From Longilinea arvoryzae (lineage in GTDB: Bacteria > Chloroflexota > Anaerolineae > Anaerolineales > Anaerolineaceae): a DNA stretch of 64,000 bases. A program made the translations under genes and the position numbers. Below, one piece after another: positions 27,259 to 36,773 of this stretch. How positions within the stretch are numbered: position 1 is the first letter of the stretch; every line of letters starts with the position of its first letter. The DNA lies in the NCBI RefSeq assembly GCF_001050235.1, contig NZ_DF967972.1:806171-870170 (forward strand), in the 5' to 3' direction. A model generated the notes under the pieces. That model saw only the letters and a program-made list of their open reading frames with translations. It was not told the origin of the DNA and did no database searches.

Positions 27259-27563
27259 GCTGGGGTACGGTCGGGCCAACGCCTAGGGGGCACGGCTGTG
27301 TCTTTTTAACCCATGCGTATGGGCACGGCTATGTGGGGAATATACGTAATATCGTAACCCGGCAGGCGACTCGAACGGCGCTGGAAGGGTTGCATACTAA
27401 AATTGTTTATTGTTTTTTTCAGGAACCGCTGTCAGCGATCAATCCAACCAATTTCTTAAGGAATGGAACCGGCAGGGCCATTTGGACGTTTAATACAAAA
27501 AGGATACAATGGGTGGAATTCTGGCATTCTTCTGGCAATCGAGGATCAAATAGGTTGACATTC

Positions 27564-28706
27564 ATGCAACGAATTCGTTCGATCTTCCGGCGAGGCGGAG
27601 CGGTGTGGCTGGCGCTGCTGCTGGTTTTGCTGTTCACCTGGACCGCCAGCGCGGCCGGCGGCGGCACGACCATCTATCTGCCGTACGTGGCCAAACAGCC
27701 CACGCCTACCGCCACGCCTACACCCTTACCGCCGCTGCCGTCCGATTATTCGGTAAGTTATTACGTGCAGACCAACAGCAATCAGGCGGCCTACGACAAG
27801 GGTTGTGCGCTCGGCCAGACCGATTTGAACCTGGCCGGCGCTCAGGACCGGCTGGTCATCCTTGACTTCGGCCAGCCCTGGTATGACGATTACGGCACGC
27901 TGGGAACGTTGATTTTCCGCGTTCCGCCGAACACGAACTGGACGTTCATGTCGATCGGCGCCATTGGCGAATTCGCCAAGAATTTTGCCACCGGTTACTG
28001 GGTCTGCACGGGCAGCGATAAGGCCTCACACCTGACTCTGGGCATTGGCACCAGCAATTACCTGGGCACCGATCCGCCGGTGGACATGAAAGTGCCCGGC
28101 ACGGTTCGAAATCACGGCAGCCAGTGGGCTCAAATGGTGTTGAACGTGAATGCCTGGTTGTCCACCCAGCATTACGCCGCGCAGGTGACCGCCGCCGGCG
28201 CCAATGACATGGAACTCTCCTGGGCCACTTCCGCGCTGACCCGCGCCTGGGTGGACGGGTTCGATTCGGCGGATAACAATTCAGCTCTCTACTATAATTA
28301 CGGCGCCTGCGAGGGCTGCCCGCAGACTTATTACGCCGACATCGGTTCGTGGACTGGAGGGAAGAATTATTCCTGGCATGTCGAAGATGTCTGGTACATT
28401 TCCTGGGGCATCCCGCCGGCCTGGGTGGTGCCGGAGATCTATTTGAGCAATGAAGCCAACGCCAAGCAATGGCAGACCGTCAGCAAATACGCCAAGGTGC
28501 AAAAGGGAATGCGCATCGATTTCTCAGGCGTGATGACCCAATCCGGCGCCTGCCAGCAGCGCGGCGGCTGCACCGGCACCAGCAGTGATACGATGAACAC
28601 CCCACAGGAGGGTTGGAACCAGTTGTGGAAGTACACCTTCGCCGATCCCGACACGCGCATGAACCGCCTGCCCTGGATGACGGACATCCGCTATTGGACC
28701 AACTGA
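27564..28706 (+). CDS. Secreted hypothetical protein (signal peptide plus Pro/Thr linker; Trp-rich domain of unknown function)
   Basis: Start at the internal ATG giving a classic signal peptide (MQRIRSIFRRGGAVWLALLLVLLFTWTASAAG); PTPTATPTPLPP linker. Confidence 0.6.
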   Translation: MQRIRSIFRRGGAVWLALLLVLLFTWTASAAGGGTTIYLPYVAKQPTPTATPTPLPPLPSDYSVSYYVQTNSNQAAYDKGCALGQTDLNLAGAQDRLVILDFGQPWYDDYGTLGTLIFRVPPNTNWTFMSIGAIGEFAKNFATGYWVCTGSDKASHLTLGIGTSNYLGTDPPVDMKVPGTVRNHGSQWAQMVLNVNAWLSTQHYAAQVTAAGANDMELSWATSALTRAWVDGFDSADNNSALYYNYGACEGCPQTYYADIGSWTGGKNYSWHVEDVWYISWGIPPAWVVPEIYLSNEANAKQWQTVSKYAKVQKGMRIDFSGVMTQSGACQQRGGCTGTSSDTMNTPQEGWNQLWKYTFADPDTRMNRLPWMTDIRYWTN

Positions 28707-28759
28707 AGAGGAGTGATGAGGGATGGGTCGAAGCGTTGAGAAAAAATGGATTACAATTT

Positions 28760-28801
28760 CTCATAACTCATAACTCATAACTCATAACTCATAACTCGTA
28801 A
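28760..28801. repeat. Tandem heptanucleotide repeat (ctcataa x5 followed by ctcgtaa)
   Basis: Six contiguous 7-bp units read directly from the sequence, about 40 bp upstream of the 28839 gene. Confidence 0.85.
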
Positions 28802-28838
28802 CGAAGAACGAATCAACCCCTCACGAATAACGCAACCT

Positions 28839-29516
28839 ATGAAACGCATCTACTTCTTTATCGGAACCCTCTTACTGATCGGCCTGCTCTTCTGGGGCGG
28901 GAGCGTGCTCGCCAGCTCGAAGACCCCCGAACAGCAGCAGCTCGATTCGTTGCAGGACCAGGCCGCCAACGCTTCAGACCCGGCCGTGAAGGCGCTGCTG
29001 CAGCAGAAGGCCGAGCCGTTGAGCGCGGCCCAGGCTGCCCAGGCGACCGCCCAGGCCAACGCGCCGGATAAGCCCAGCGACGTGTGCGGGCTGCGACCGG
29101 CGGCCGATCCGAACGCCACCCCGGCCCCGACGATCGAAATTCCGCGCGGCATCAGCGACTGGCTGCAGCCGCCCTTTTCGCCGCAGGAATTCAGCGTGAC
29201 CAATCAGTGGAACGACCAGGTGGACGGCGTCTGGCTGACCGCCTACGCCGGCGTGCTGGGTGATGACCCCGATCAGGGCGCGATCGTCGCCGTGGATGCG
29301 CAGGGCAACTACTTCCGCTACCTGTTGAACAGGGGCTCCGGCGCGGCCCGATTTGCCGCCGCTGACGGCTCGCTGCTGACCGTCGAAACCGGCAACGGAT
29401 CGACCTACCAGCTCGATATGGCCGCTTTGACGCTCACCGACGCGCAGGGGCAGGTGCTGCAGGGCGTCCAGCAGGCCGCTCCGGCTACCGTGAGCAGTTC
29501 AGGTCCGTGCCAATAG
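28839..29516 (+). CDS. Secreted hypothetical protein (signal peptide; Gln/Ala-rich N-terminus)
   Basis: Signal peptide (MKRIYFFIGTLLLIGLLFWGGSVLA); no recognisable domain. Confidence 0.55.
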   Translation: MKRIYFFIGTLLLIGLLFWGGSVLASSKTPEQQQLDSLQDQAANASDPAVKALLQQKAEPLSAAQAAQATAQANAPDKPSDVCGLRPAADPNATPAPTIEIPRGISDWLQPPFSPQEFSVTNQWNDQVDGVWLTAYAGVLGDDPDQGAIVAVDAQGNYFRYLLNRGSGAARFAAADGSLLTVETGNGSTYQLDMAALTLTDAQGQVLQGVQQAAPATVSSSGPCQ

Positions 29517-29521
29517 ACCGT

Positions 29522-30202
29522 TCAGGCTTCGCCCGGCGGCCCTTTTTCGACATCCATTAAATCGGTTTCACGAAGGCCCTGACGCAACATCACGGCCTTC
29601 TTTATCGTTTCCAACAGCAGCGGCCACAACTGCGGGCGCGCAACCTGGAACTGCTCCAGCATGTTCTGGATGGATTTGATATCTTGCGCCAGAGCCAGGG
29701 TTTCTGGCGGTACTGCATAGCTGCGCTTGACCGATAACAGCTTGCGCTCTTCGATCACGTTCAGCAGGCCGCGCGCGGCCAGACCGTTCTGGATGCGCGT
29801 CACCACTTCGGCAAACGGATCATCGTAACTGGTCTTCAACCAGACGTAGATCAGGCGCGCCAGGTCACCGCTTTCTTTATGCACGTCGCTCGAACCGGCG
29901 GCAGCCAACACATCGGCTTCCAGGGTTTGAGCGGGCCAGTCGGCGGATTTTCCGGTCGGTTCGACGGAGAGAATTTCTTTCTTGACGAGGCCGAACCAGC
30001 GCGAGTGTTCGCGCTGCGATAGCAGCAGGGTTCCTGTTTGAAGATTGGCCAACAGCGCGCTGGCCAGCGCCGCCTGCACCAGTTGGGCAAGATGGACTTC
30101 GCGGCCGGAATGCAGCAAGCGCGTGCGCCGGGAAGCGCGCGGTTCGCCGGCGAATTGTTCGCCGTTCAGGTAGACCAGTTCGCTGGGGGTCAACTGGGCC
30201 AA
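29522..30202 (-). CDS. Hypothetical protein
   Basis: 226-aa ORF with high-GC codon bias; no recognisable motifs. Confidence 0.45.
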   Translation of the reverse strand: MAQLTPSELVYLNGEQFAGEPRASRRTRLLHSGREVHLAQLVQAALASALLANLQTGTLLLSQREHSRWFGLVKKEILSVEPTGKSADWPAQTLEADVLAAAGSSDVHKESGDLARLIYVWLKTSYDDPFAEVVTRIQNGLAARGLLNVIEERKLLSVKRSYAVPPETLALAQDIKSIQNMLEQFQVARPQLWPLLLETIKKAVMLRQGLRETDLMDVEKGPPGEA

Positions 30203-30341
30203 AGGGGTCTCCTTGAAAAGGGATAACGCTAAGTGAGCTAAATTTTATCAGAAATCCGGCGCCCGGCCAGAAGAATAGTTGTGCAAATTGATTAATAGAA
30301 CTACAATTCTATTATCCAACCACTTGAAAAAGGAGATCCCC

Positions 30342-30689
30342 ATGTCGAAGATCAAGCGCATCCCCACGCCCTTCAGTTATTCAGACGCTGTTCAGGCCGG
30401 CGACACGGTTTATCTGGCGTTGCACCGCGGATTCGCCGAGGATTTCGAAGGCCAGTGCCGCAACGCGCTGGAAGGCATTCGCAAGTCGCTGGCGCATTTC
30501 GACCTGGGATTGGAGAGCCTGGTCAAGGTAAACGTGTGGCTGAAGCACGTCAGCGACCTGCCCAGGATGGAGAAGATTTTCTTCGATTATTTCGAAAAGG
30601 ACGGTTTTCCGGTGCGCATGACCTCCACCACCGAGTTCATCGACGAGGATTGCCTGATCATGATCGACGGGGTGGCTTTTATCGAATAG
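30342..30689 (+). CDS. RidA/YjgF/TdcF-family reactive-intermediate deaminase
   Basis: Size (about 115 aa) and sequence pattern typical of the YjgF family; AAAGGAG RBS before the ATG at 30342. Confidence 0.75.
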   Translation: MSKIKRIPTPFSYSDAVQAGDTVYLALHRGFAEDFEGQCRNALEGIRKSLAHFDLGLESLVKVNVWLKHVSDLPRMEKIFFDYFEKDGFPVRMTSTTEFIDEDCLIMIDGVAFIE

Positions 30690-30994
30690 CGGTTCGCGAA
30701 TCTCCGGATCGGTCATCGGACCCGGATGGGGCAGCCGGTTTTCGTTTCCGGTCTCCAACCGGCCGTTCAACGCTACGGCGCGGGCTCCGGCGGGCGAACC
30801 CCGGTGAAGAACAGGATGGTAAAGGCCTTTAAGCGACCTTTCTCGAAGCGCAACGTATACTTAATTAATACCATTCGACGGAACAAGCCCCAGCAGCCCG
30901 GTTGATCCGGTTCCTCCCTCGGACTGGTCTGTACAGAATCCGGAAAAGGGTATACTCGATTCTTAGGCGCCGTTCAGCGCGTCAAGGAGAAGGA

Positions 30995-33007
30995 ATGACT
31001 CTGAATTTTGGCAGTACCCTGTTAATCGCAATCGGGATCATCGTGATTCTGATCCTGTTATCCGGGATCCGCTTCATCCCCAACAACCGGATTGGTATCG
31101 TCGAAAAGCGCTTTGGCAGCAAGTCGCTCAAAGGCGGTTTCATCGCGCTACACGGCGAGGCCGGCTACCAGCCCGACGTGCTGCGCGGCGGTTTGCATTA
31201 CTTGATCCCCATCCAGTACGTGGTTCACATTGCCCCGCTCGTGACCATTGCCCAGGGCAAGATCGGCTACCTTTTCGCGCGCGATGGTGAGCCGCTCAGC
31301 GCCATGCAGGTGCTGGCCACCAACACCACTGCCAACGATTTCCAGAACGTGGCTCATTTCCTTAGCCACGGCGGGCAGCGCGGTCCGCAGCGCCAGATTT
31401 TGCGTGAAGGTACCTACGCCATCAACCTGGCCCAGTTTGTGGTCATCACCGAAGAACGCGTCTATTACATGCCGCTCAGCCGGGATGATCAGACCGTCAT
31501 CCAGAGCATGGCCGAAGTGATCGCCAAACGCAACGGTTTTACCCCGGTGGTGATCAAGGATTCGGACGATTCGATCGGCGTCGTCACCGTGCATGACGGC
31601 CCGTCCCTGCCCTCAGGTGAAATCATTGCGCCGGTGGTGGGCGGGGATTCCAACGATTCGCTGACCTATCACAACAATTTCCAGATGCCGGATCGCTTCA
31701 TCAACGCTCACGGCCTGCGCGGACGCCAGCTTCAGGTGCTGGTCGAAGGCACCTACTACCTCAACCGGCTGTTTGCCACGGTCGAGATGATTCCCAAGAC
31801 CGTCATCGAGGTCGGCTTCGTGGGCGTGGTTGTTTCCTACACCGGCGGTCTGGGTGAGGATCTGTCGGGCAGTGAATACCGCCACGGCGAACTGGTGAGC
31901 ACCGGCAGCCGGGGTGTGTGGAGCGAACCGCTGCTGCCCGGCAAGTACGCCTTCAACACCTATGCCGGCAAGGTGGTGTCGGTGCCGACCACCAACATCA
32001 TCCTCAAGTGGATCAAGAGCGAAATCGGCTCGCACCACTTCGATGAAAACCTCTCCGAAGTCTCGCTGATCACCAAGGACGCTTTCGAGCCTTCCCTGCC
32101 GCTCTCGGTGGTCATGCACATCGACTACCAGAAGGCCCCGCTGGTCATCCAGCGCTTCGGCGACGTGAAGAAACTGGTCGAGCAGACTCTCGACCCGATG
32201 GTCTCGGCGTACTTCAAGAACATCGGCCAGACGCGCACGTTGATCCAGCTCATCCAGGAGCGCAACGACATTCAGCGCATTTCCAGCCAGGAAATGAAGG
32301 ATAAGTTCACCCATTACAACCTGGAACTGGAGGAAGTGCTGATCGGCACGCCGACCACGACCGGCGAGGATAAACAGATCGAGATCATCCTCAACCAGTT
32401 GCGCGCGCGCCAGATCGCTGTGGAACAGATCGAGACCTACCAGCGCCAGCAGGTGGCGGCCGCCAAGGAACGCGAACTGCGCGAAGCGCAGGCGCGCACC
32501 GAACAGCAGCGCAACATCACCGAATCCGAACTGAGCATCACGGTCCAGTCCAACCAGGGTAAGGCCGAATACCAGCGCGCCCTGCAACAGGCGGCCCAGA
32601 TCCGCGCCCTGGCTGAAGCGGAATCCGAACGCATCGCCCGTACGGGTATCGCCCAGGCCATCGCCACCGAGGAACAGGTGGCCGCGTACGGCGGGCCGCA
32701 GTTCCAGGTGACCCAGCAGGTGATGAACCGCTTCGCCGAAGCCGTGCAGCAGTCCCGCGTGGACGTGGTGCCGCGGGTGGTGGTGGGCGGCAACGGCGGC
32801 GAAGGCGGCGCCTCCGGCAGCAGCATCATGGAAGGGCTGCTGACCCTGCTGCTCTCGGATAAGCTTAACCTGGCCGTCACCGGCGAAACCGCCGGCAAGG
32901 AACGCAGCCCTGAAGCGGATAAGCTGCGCGAGGAAATTCGCCAGAGCCTGAGCGAAAAACGCCAGGCGCCCGACGCGGGAACGACCCCGCCGGCGGCTAA
33001 AGCGTAA
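30995..33007 (+). CDS. SPFH/band-7 domain protein, flotillin-like, with a long C-terminal coiled-coil
   Basis: N-terminal TM helix, SPFH core, then an extended heptad-like Ala/Glu/Gln/Arg-rich region (REAQARTEQQRN...); AAGGAG RBS. Confidence 0.8.
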   Translation: MTLNFGSTLLIAIGIIVILILLSGIRFIPNNRIGIVEKRFGSKSLKGGFIALHGEAGYQPDVLRGGLHYLIPIQYVVHIAPLVTIAQGKIGYLFARDGEPLSAMQVLATNTTANDFQNVAHFLSHGGQRGPQRQILREGTYAINLAQFVVITEERVYYMPLSRDDQTVIQSMAEVIAKRNGFTPVVIKDSDDSIGVVTVHDGPSLPSGEIIAPVVGGDSNDSLTYHNNFQMPDRFINAHGLRGRQLQVLVEGTYYLNRLFATVEMIPKTVIEVGFVGVVVSYTGGLGEDLSGSEYRHGELVSTGSRGVWSEPLLPGKYAFNTYAGKVVSVPTTNIILKWIKSEIGSHHFDENLSEVSLITKDAFEPSLPLSVVMHIDYQKAPLVIQRFGDVKKLVEQTLDPMVSAYFKNIGQTRTLIQLIQERNDIQRISSQEMKDKFTHYNLELEEVLIGTPTTTGEDKQIEIILNQLRARQIAVEQIETYQRQQVAAAKERELREAQARTEQQRNITESELSITVQSNQGKAEYQRALQQAAQIRALAEAESERIARTGIAQAIATEEQVAAYGGPQFQVTQQVMNRFAEAVQQSRVDVVPRVVVGGNGGEGGASGSSIMEGLLTLLLSDKLNLAVTGETAGKERSPEADKLREEIRQSLSEKRQAPDAGTTPPAAKA

Positions 33008-33211
33008 CCCGGCCGTTCAGCCAATAAAACGCGCCCTCCTTGAAAAGGAGGGCGCTTTCTATAAAAGACTTTGATGGCGCCGGTCGCCCGCCCTCGTCGA
33101 GGGCAGACCATGCGCCGCTTCTTTCCTGGTTTCCGACCGAATCATCGCTTTCAAAATATCCTTGCTACCGGCTCAAACATTTTTGATTCCGTGATAAATT
33201 TCGACATCTTT

Positions 33212-33233
33212 GTAAATGCTGCGATCGCTTTAC
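33212..33233. promoter_or_regulatory. Palindromic candidate operator (GTAAA-TGCTGCGATCGC-TTTAC) upstream of the EamA transporter gene
   Basis: The gtaaa/tttac arms flank a GCGATCGC palindrome in an AT-rich leader; a TATACT -10-like hexamer follows. Confidence 0.3.
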
Positions 33234-33306
33234 ACCGTATTATTTACAGGATGGCAACCATAAACTGTAAATCGCAATTCCGGGGTTGCCTGATATACTC
33301 GGGGGC

Positions 33307-34230
33307 ATGACTCGCTCGCGGCTCGTTCCGTACCTCCAGGCAACCTTCGCGGTGCTGCTGTGGGGGGCGTCGTTCGTTGCCACCAAGGTGGCGCTGCGCT
33401 ACCTTGCGCCGGATGCGCTGGTCTGGCTGCGCTTTGGCATGGGGCTGGCCCTGCTGGGCCTGACCATGCTCGCGCGCCGGCAGTTCGAGCTGCCCGGGCG
33501 CAACGACCTGGCCTATTTTGCCCTGCTCGGTTTGATCGGCATCACCTTTCACCAGTGGCTGCAATCCAATGGGCTGGTCACGGCCCAGGCCACCACCGGC
33601 TCATGGATCGTCGCCACCTCGCCCATTTTTATCGCGCTGCTGGGCTGGCTGGCGCTCAAGGAAAAGCTGAGTGCCTTCCAGATCCTCGGCATCGGGGTAG
33701 CCGTGCTGGGCGTGCTGCTGGTGGTGTCGCGCGGCGACCTGCGCGCGCTGGTTGGCGGCAGGGCAGCGACGACCGGCGACTTCCTGATGATGGTCAGTGC
33801 CCCCAACTGGGCGGTGTTCTCGATCCTATCGCGGCGCGGGCTGAAGCAGCACCCGGCGGCGCGCATGATGTTCTACGTGATGGCTTTTGGCTGGGGCTTC
33901 ACCACGCTGCTTTTCCTGCTCAACCCGCAGTTCGCGGCCATGCGCCAGATGCCCTGGGACGGCTGGATCGGCGTGATTTTCCTGGGCGTTTTCTGCTCGG
34001 GGCTGGCGTACATCTTCTGGTATGACGCGCTGAAATCCATCCCGGCCTCGCAGGTGGGCGTGTTCCTGTACATCGAGCCGCTGGTGACGGTGGCAGTGGC
34101 CTGGGCGGTCCTCGGTGAGCGGCTGACCTGGGCTTCGCTGATCGGCGGGGCGGTGACACTGACGGGCATCTGGATGGTCAACCGGCTCAAGCCGGCTCCC
34201 CGGGATGAAAAGGTGGAAGGCGCGGTTTAA
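33307..34230 (+). CDS. EamA/DMT-superfamily transporter
   Basis: 10-TM duplicated EamA architecture (two EamA domains). Confidence 0.8.
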   Translation: MTRSRLVPYLQATFAVLLWGASFVATKVALRYLAPDALVWLRFGMGLALLGLTMLARRQFELPGRNDLAYFALLGLIGITFHQWLQSNGLVTAQATTGSWIVATSPIFIALLGWLALKEKLSAFQILGIGVAVLGVLLVVSRGDLRALVGGRAATTGDFLMMVSAPNWAVFSILSRRGLKQHPAARMMFYVMAFGWGFTTLLFLLNPQFAAMRQMPWDGWIGVIFLGVFCSGLAYIFWYDALKSIPASQVGVFLYIEPLVTVAVAWAVLGERLTWASLIGGAVTLTGIWMVNRLKPAPRDEKVEGAV

Positions 34231-34352
34231 CTGCAAAGTGCGCGAAGAACTCAAAGAAGGAAAGAAAGCGCTCTCCATTTTTAATGATGGAGAGCGCTTG
34301 TTTTATGCAGGGCGGGCCAGGCCGGCACCCCGATAGCGAACCGGATCGATTA

Positions 34353-34886
34353 CTACGCCGGAGCGTAGATCAAGGCCAGCACACCCCCGGCGAAGGTGCG
34401 GCTGGACACCAGGCGCAGCGCAGATTGGGCGCTGTTGGTGAAGATGCGCTTGCCCTTGCCCAGCAGCAGCGGATAGACCAGCAGGTGCAGTTCATCCACC
34501 AGCCCTGCCGAAAGCAGGAAGTCCACCAGCATGCCGCTGCCGCTGACGACGATATCCTTACCGGGCTGCCCCTTGAGGTCCTTCACGGCCGCGGTGATAT
34601 CGCCACGGATGGGATGCGAATTGTTCCACTCGAGCGTTTTCAGGGTGCGCGTGACCACATACTTGGGCATGCTGTTGAACTGCTCGGCGCCTTCATCCGT
34701 GCTCTTCGGCCAGGCTTTGGCGAAACCCTCGTAGGTCACGCGCCCCAGCAGTTGGGCGTCGCAGGCGCTGAATTCAGCCCCTTTGAATTGGGCGATTTCA
34801 GCGTTCCAATAGGGCAGCGACCACAGGCCGGGCTCTTCCATCCCGCCGTCCAGTGAAACGAACTCCGTTACGATCAGTTTTCTCAA
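34353..34886 (-). CDS. Dihydrofolate-reductase-like protein (RibD C-terminal domain family)
   Basis: RKLIVTEFVSLDG ... YPLLLGKGKRIF pattern of the RibD_C/DHFR-like fold; probable TTG start right after the upstream stop (ATG at 34931 is the alternative). Confidence 0.65.
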   Translation of the reverse strand: MRKLIVTEFVSLDGGMEEPGLWSLPYWNAEIAQFKGAEFSACDAQLLGRVTYEGFAKAWPKSTDEGAEQFNSMPKYVVTRTLKTLEWNNSHPIRGDITAAVKDLKGQPGKDIVVSGSGMLVDFLLSAGLVDELHLLVYPLLLGKGKRIFTNSAQSALRLVSSRTFAGGVLALIYAPA

Positions 34887-34887
34887 C

Positions 34888-35151
34888 TCAGCGCTCCTGT
34901 ATTGTGAACCGGTGAGATCGGACCGCCACAACCGTCCGGCTGCGGGGCGGGGCGGCCGTTTCGAGCCCGCCGATCAGGGCTTTGGAGGCGGCCGCGACGG
35001 CCGCCACCGCGGCATCGAAGACGGCCCGGTTGGCCTGCGACGGCCGGTTGAAGCCGCTGATCTTGCGCACGTACTGCAGCGCGGCTTCCTGAATTTCGGT
35101 CTCGCCGGCCGGCGGCTCGAGGTGATAGAGCGTCTTAATGCTGCGGCACAT
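34888..35151 (-). CDS. Hypothetical small protein (87 aa) inside the DHFR-like/AHSA1 operon
   Basis: ORF tightly packed between flanking genes on the same strand. Confidence 0.4.
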   Translation of the reverse strand: MCRSIKTLYHLEPPAGETEIQEAALQYVRKISGFNRPSQANRAVFDAAVAAVAAASKALIGGLETAAPPRSRTVVAVRSHRFTIQER

Positions 35152-35154
35152 GGA

Positions 35155-35643
35155 TCAGGATTTTTCGGCCGCGCCGACGCGCGCCAGCAGTTTTTCCAGC
35201 CGTTTGACCATCTCGACCGCGCCTGCTTCCATGCCGGTAGCCAGCATACCGTCCCGATCGGCCACCGATTGGAAAAGCGTATGCTCGATCACCCGCGTCT
35301 TGCTGCCCAGAGCCTCGAGCCGGTAAATTTCCAGCAGGACGTGATCCGGCATCGCTTCCCACTCGAAGGTGTAGATGTACGTTTCGGGGAACTTCAGGCT
35401 GTGGAACACACCGTGGAAGGCATATTCCGTACCCGCCGGATCGTGCTGGATCACGCGCCACTGGCCGCCCGGGCGGACGTCCATCTTTTCCACCACGGTG
35501 GTCAGGGATGCCGGTCCCCACCACTCGCCGACCAGGGATGGGTCGGTCATCACCTTGAAGACCAGTTCGCGCGGCGCGTTGAGTTCATAGGTGGTGAAGA
35601 TCTCCTGCTTTCCGGGTTCAGCCGTCATCTGCATGTTGCCCAT
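35155..35643 (-). CDS. SRPBCC-superfamily protein (AHSA1/Aha1-like activator-of-Hsp90-ATPase domain)
   Basis: Size and WWGP / tryptophan pattern typical of the AHSA1 (PF08327) family. Confidence 0.65.
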   Translation of the reverse strand: MGNMQMTAEPGKQEIFTTYELNAPRELVFKVMTDPSLVGEWWGPASLTTVVEKMDVRPGGQWRVIQHDPAGTEYAFHGVFHSLKFPETYIYTFEWEAMPDHVLLEIYRLEALGSKTRVIEHTLFQSVADRDGMLATGMEAGAVEMVKRLEKLLARVGAAEKS

Positions 35644-35654
35644 AAGATTACCTC

Positions 35655-36215
35655 CTAGACCTGGACCGGTTGATAGTTCAACTGGACCAGGCCTGATTTG
35701 AAAATTTTGGAACCGACCAGTTTGAGGGGAATCCGATCCAGCAGCCCCTTGAAAGCCGGATGGCCTGCACCCAGGATGATGGGATTGAAGAACAGGCGAT
35801 ATTCGTCGATCAGCCGGTGCTGGATCAACGTCGTCGAAAGGTCGGCGCTGCCAAAGATGGCCATGTTCTTGCCGGGCAGCGCTTTCAGGCGCGCCACCTC
35901 GACGGCGGGATCGCTTTTCACCAGGCGCGAATTCTCCCAGTCTACGTGGTCGAGCATGCGCGAGAAAACGACCTTTTGCAGGCGGTTCATCATGTCCGCC
36001 ACCAGCGGGTCGTCGCGTCTGGCTTCCGGCGAGGGCCAGTACGCCGCCATGAGTTCATAGGTCCGGCGCCCGAACAACAGCGTATCCAGTTCGGCGTTCA
36101 ACGCGATGGCATATTCGTTGAATTCCGCGTCCACCGTATGCCAGTCGATTTCGTGCTGCGGCCCTTCGAAGAGGCCGTCCAGGGTGAGCATGTTTTGAAA
36201 GATCACTTTTCGCAT
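35655..36215 (-). CDS. Dihydrofolate-reductase-like protein (RibD C-terminal domain family), paralogue of 34353-34886
   Basis: MRKVIFQNMLTLDG ... IFGSADL ... NPIILGAGHPAF signature. Confidence 0.75.
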   Translation of the reverse strand: MRKVIFQNMLTLDGLFEGPQHEIDWHTVDAEFNEYAIALNAELDTLLFGRRTYELMAAYWPSPEARRDDPLVADMMNRLQKVVFSRMLDHVDWENSRLVKSDPAVEVARLKALPGKNMAIFGSADLSTTLIQHRLIDEYRLFFNPIILGAGHPAFKGLLDRIPLKLVGSKIFKSGLVQLNYQPVQV

Positions 36216-36397
36216 TTGCTTTCCTCAAACCGATAAATATGACAATGTAGGTCAATTATAGAATATATATTCGAAGAATGCAAGATATTTTAAGAAAGAA
36301 GACAATATTTGTAAACAATGCGCCGATTTATGAGATTGCGGTGGACCTCGATCTCCCCGCCCGTGCGATGGACATGGGGTCTTGCGGTTCAAGGCGC

Positions 36398-36580
36398 GGC
36401 AGGCAAATTTCACAATCAGGTAGATTTCTCACACAGCCGTGCCCCTACGCATATGGCGATGCAGGCAAATGCCATAATCATTCACGAAATCGCCGGCCCC
36501 GCCCGCAGACAATTCGAAGGGGCACGGCTGTGCAGGCAAATGCCGCAATGGATCACGGCTTTGCCGTGTCCCGACCGACG
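36398..36580. repeat. Degenerate tandem repeat (period about 70 bp; gcaggcaaat box x3 and cacggctgtg/cacagccgtg box x3) in a 560-bp intergenic region
   Basis: Repeated boxes read directly from the sequence; it contains a copy of the ATGCGTAGGGGCACGGCTGTG motif also found at 27287-27332. Confidence 0.6.
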
Positions 36581-36773
36581 CTGTCAGGACACTCCGAGGA
36601 CAAGAAAGCGTACGTTAATGACAAAGGTTCGTTGTGGATCCCACCGCGGCTTGTCTTCAATCAGCAATCCGCCATCAGAAATCAGCAATTCATTCAGCCG
36701 CCTAGCCGGGTAAGGGTCAACATTCAGCATTTTTTCCTGCCCCTTTCTTTCCAATCTGCTGTAAGATATTCCC

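Noticed and set aside
28760-28801. Heptamer tandem repeats and word-reiteration elements as a CRISPR array
   Set aside because: The repeat units are only 7-9 nt with no intervening unique spacers. This is not CRISPR architecture.
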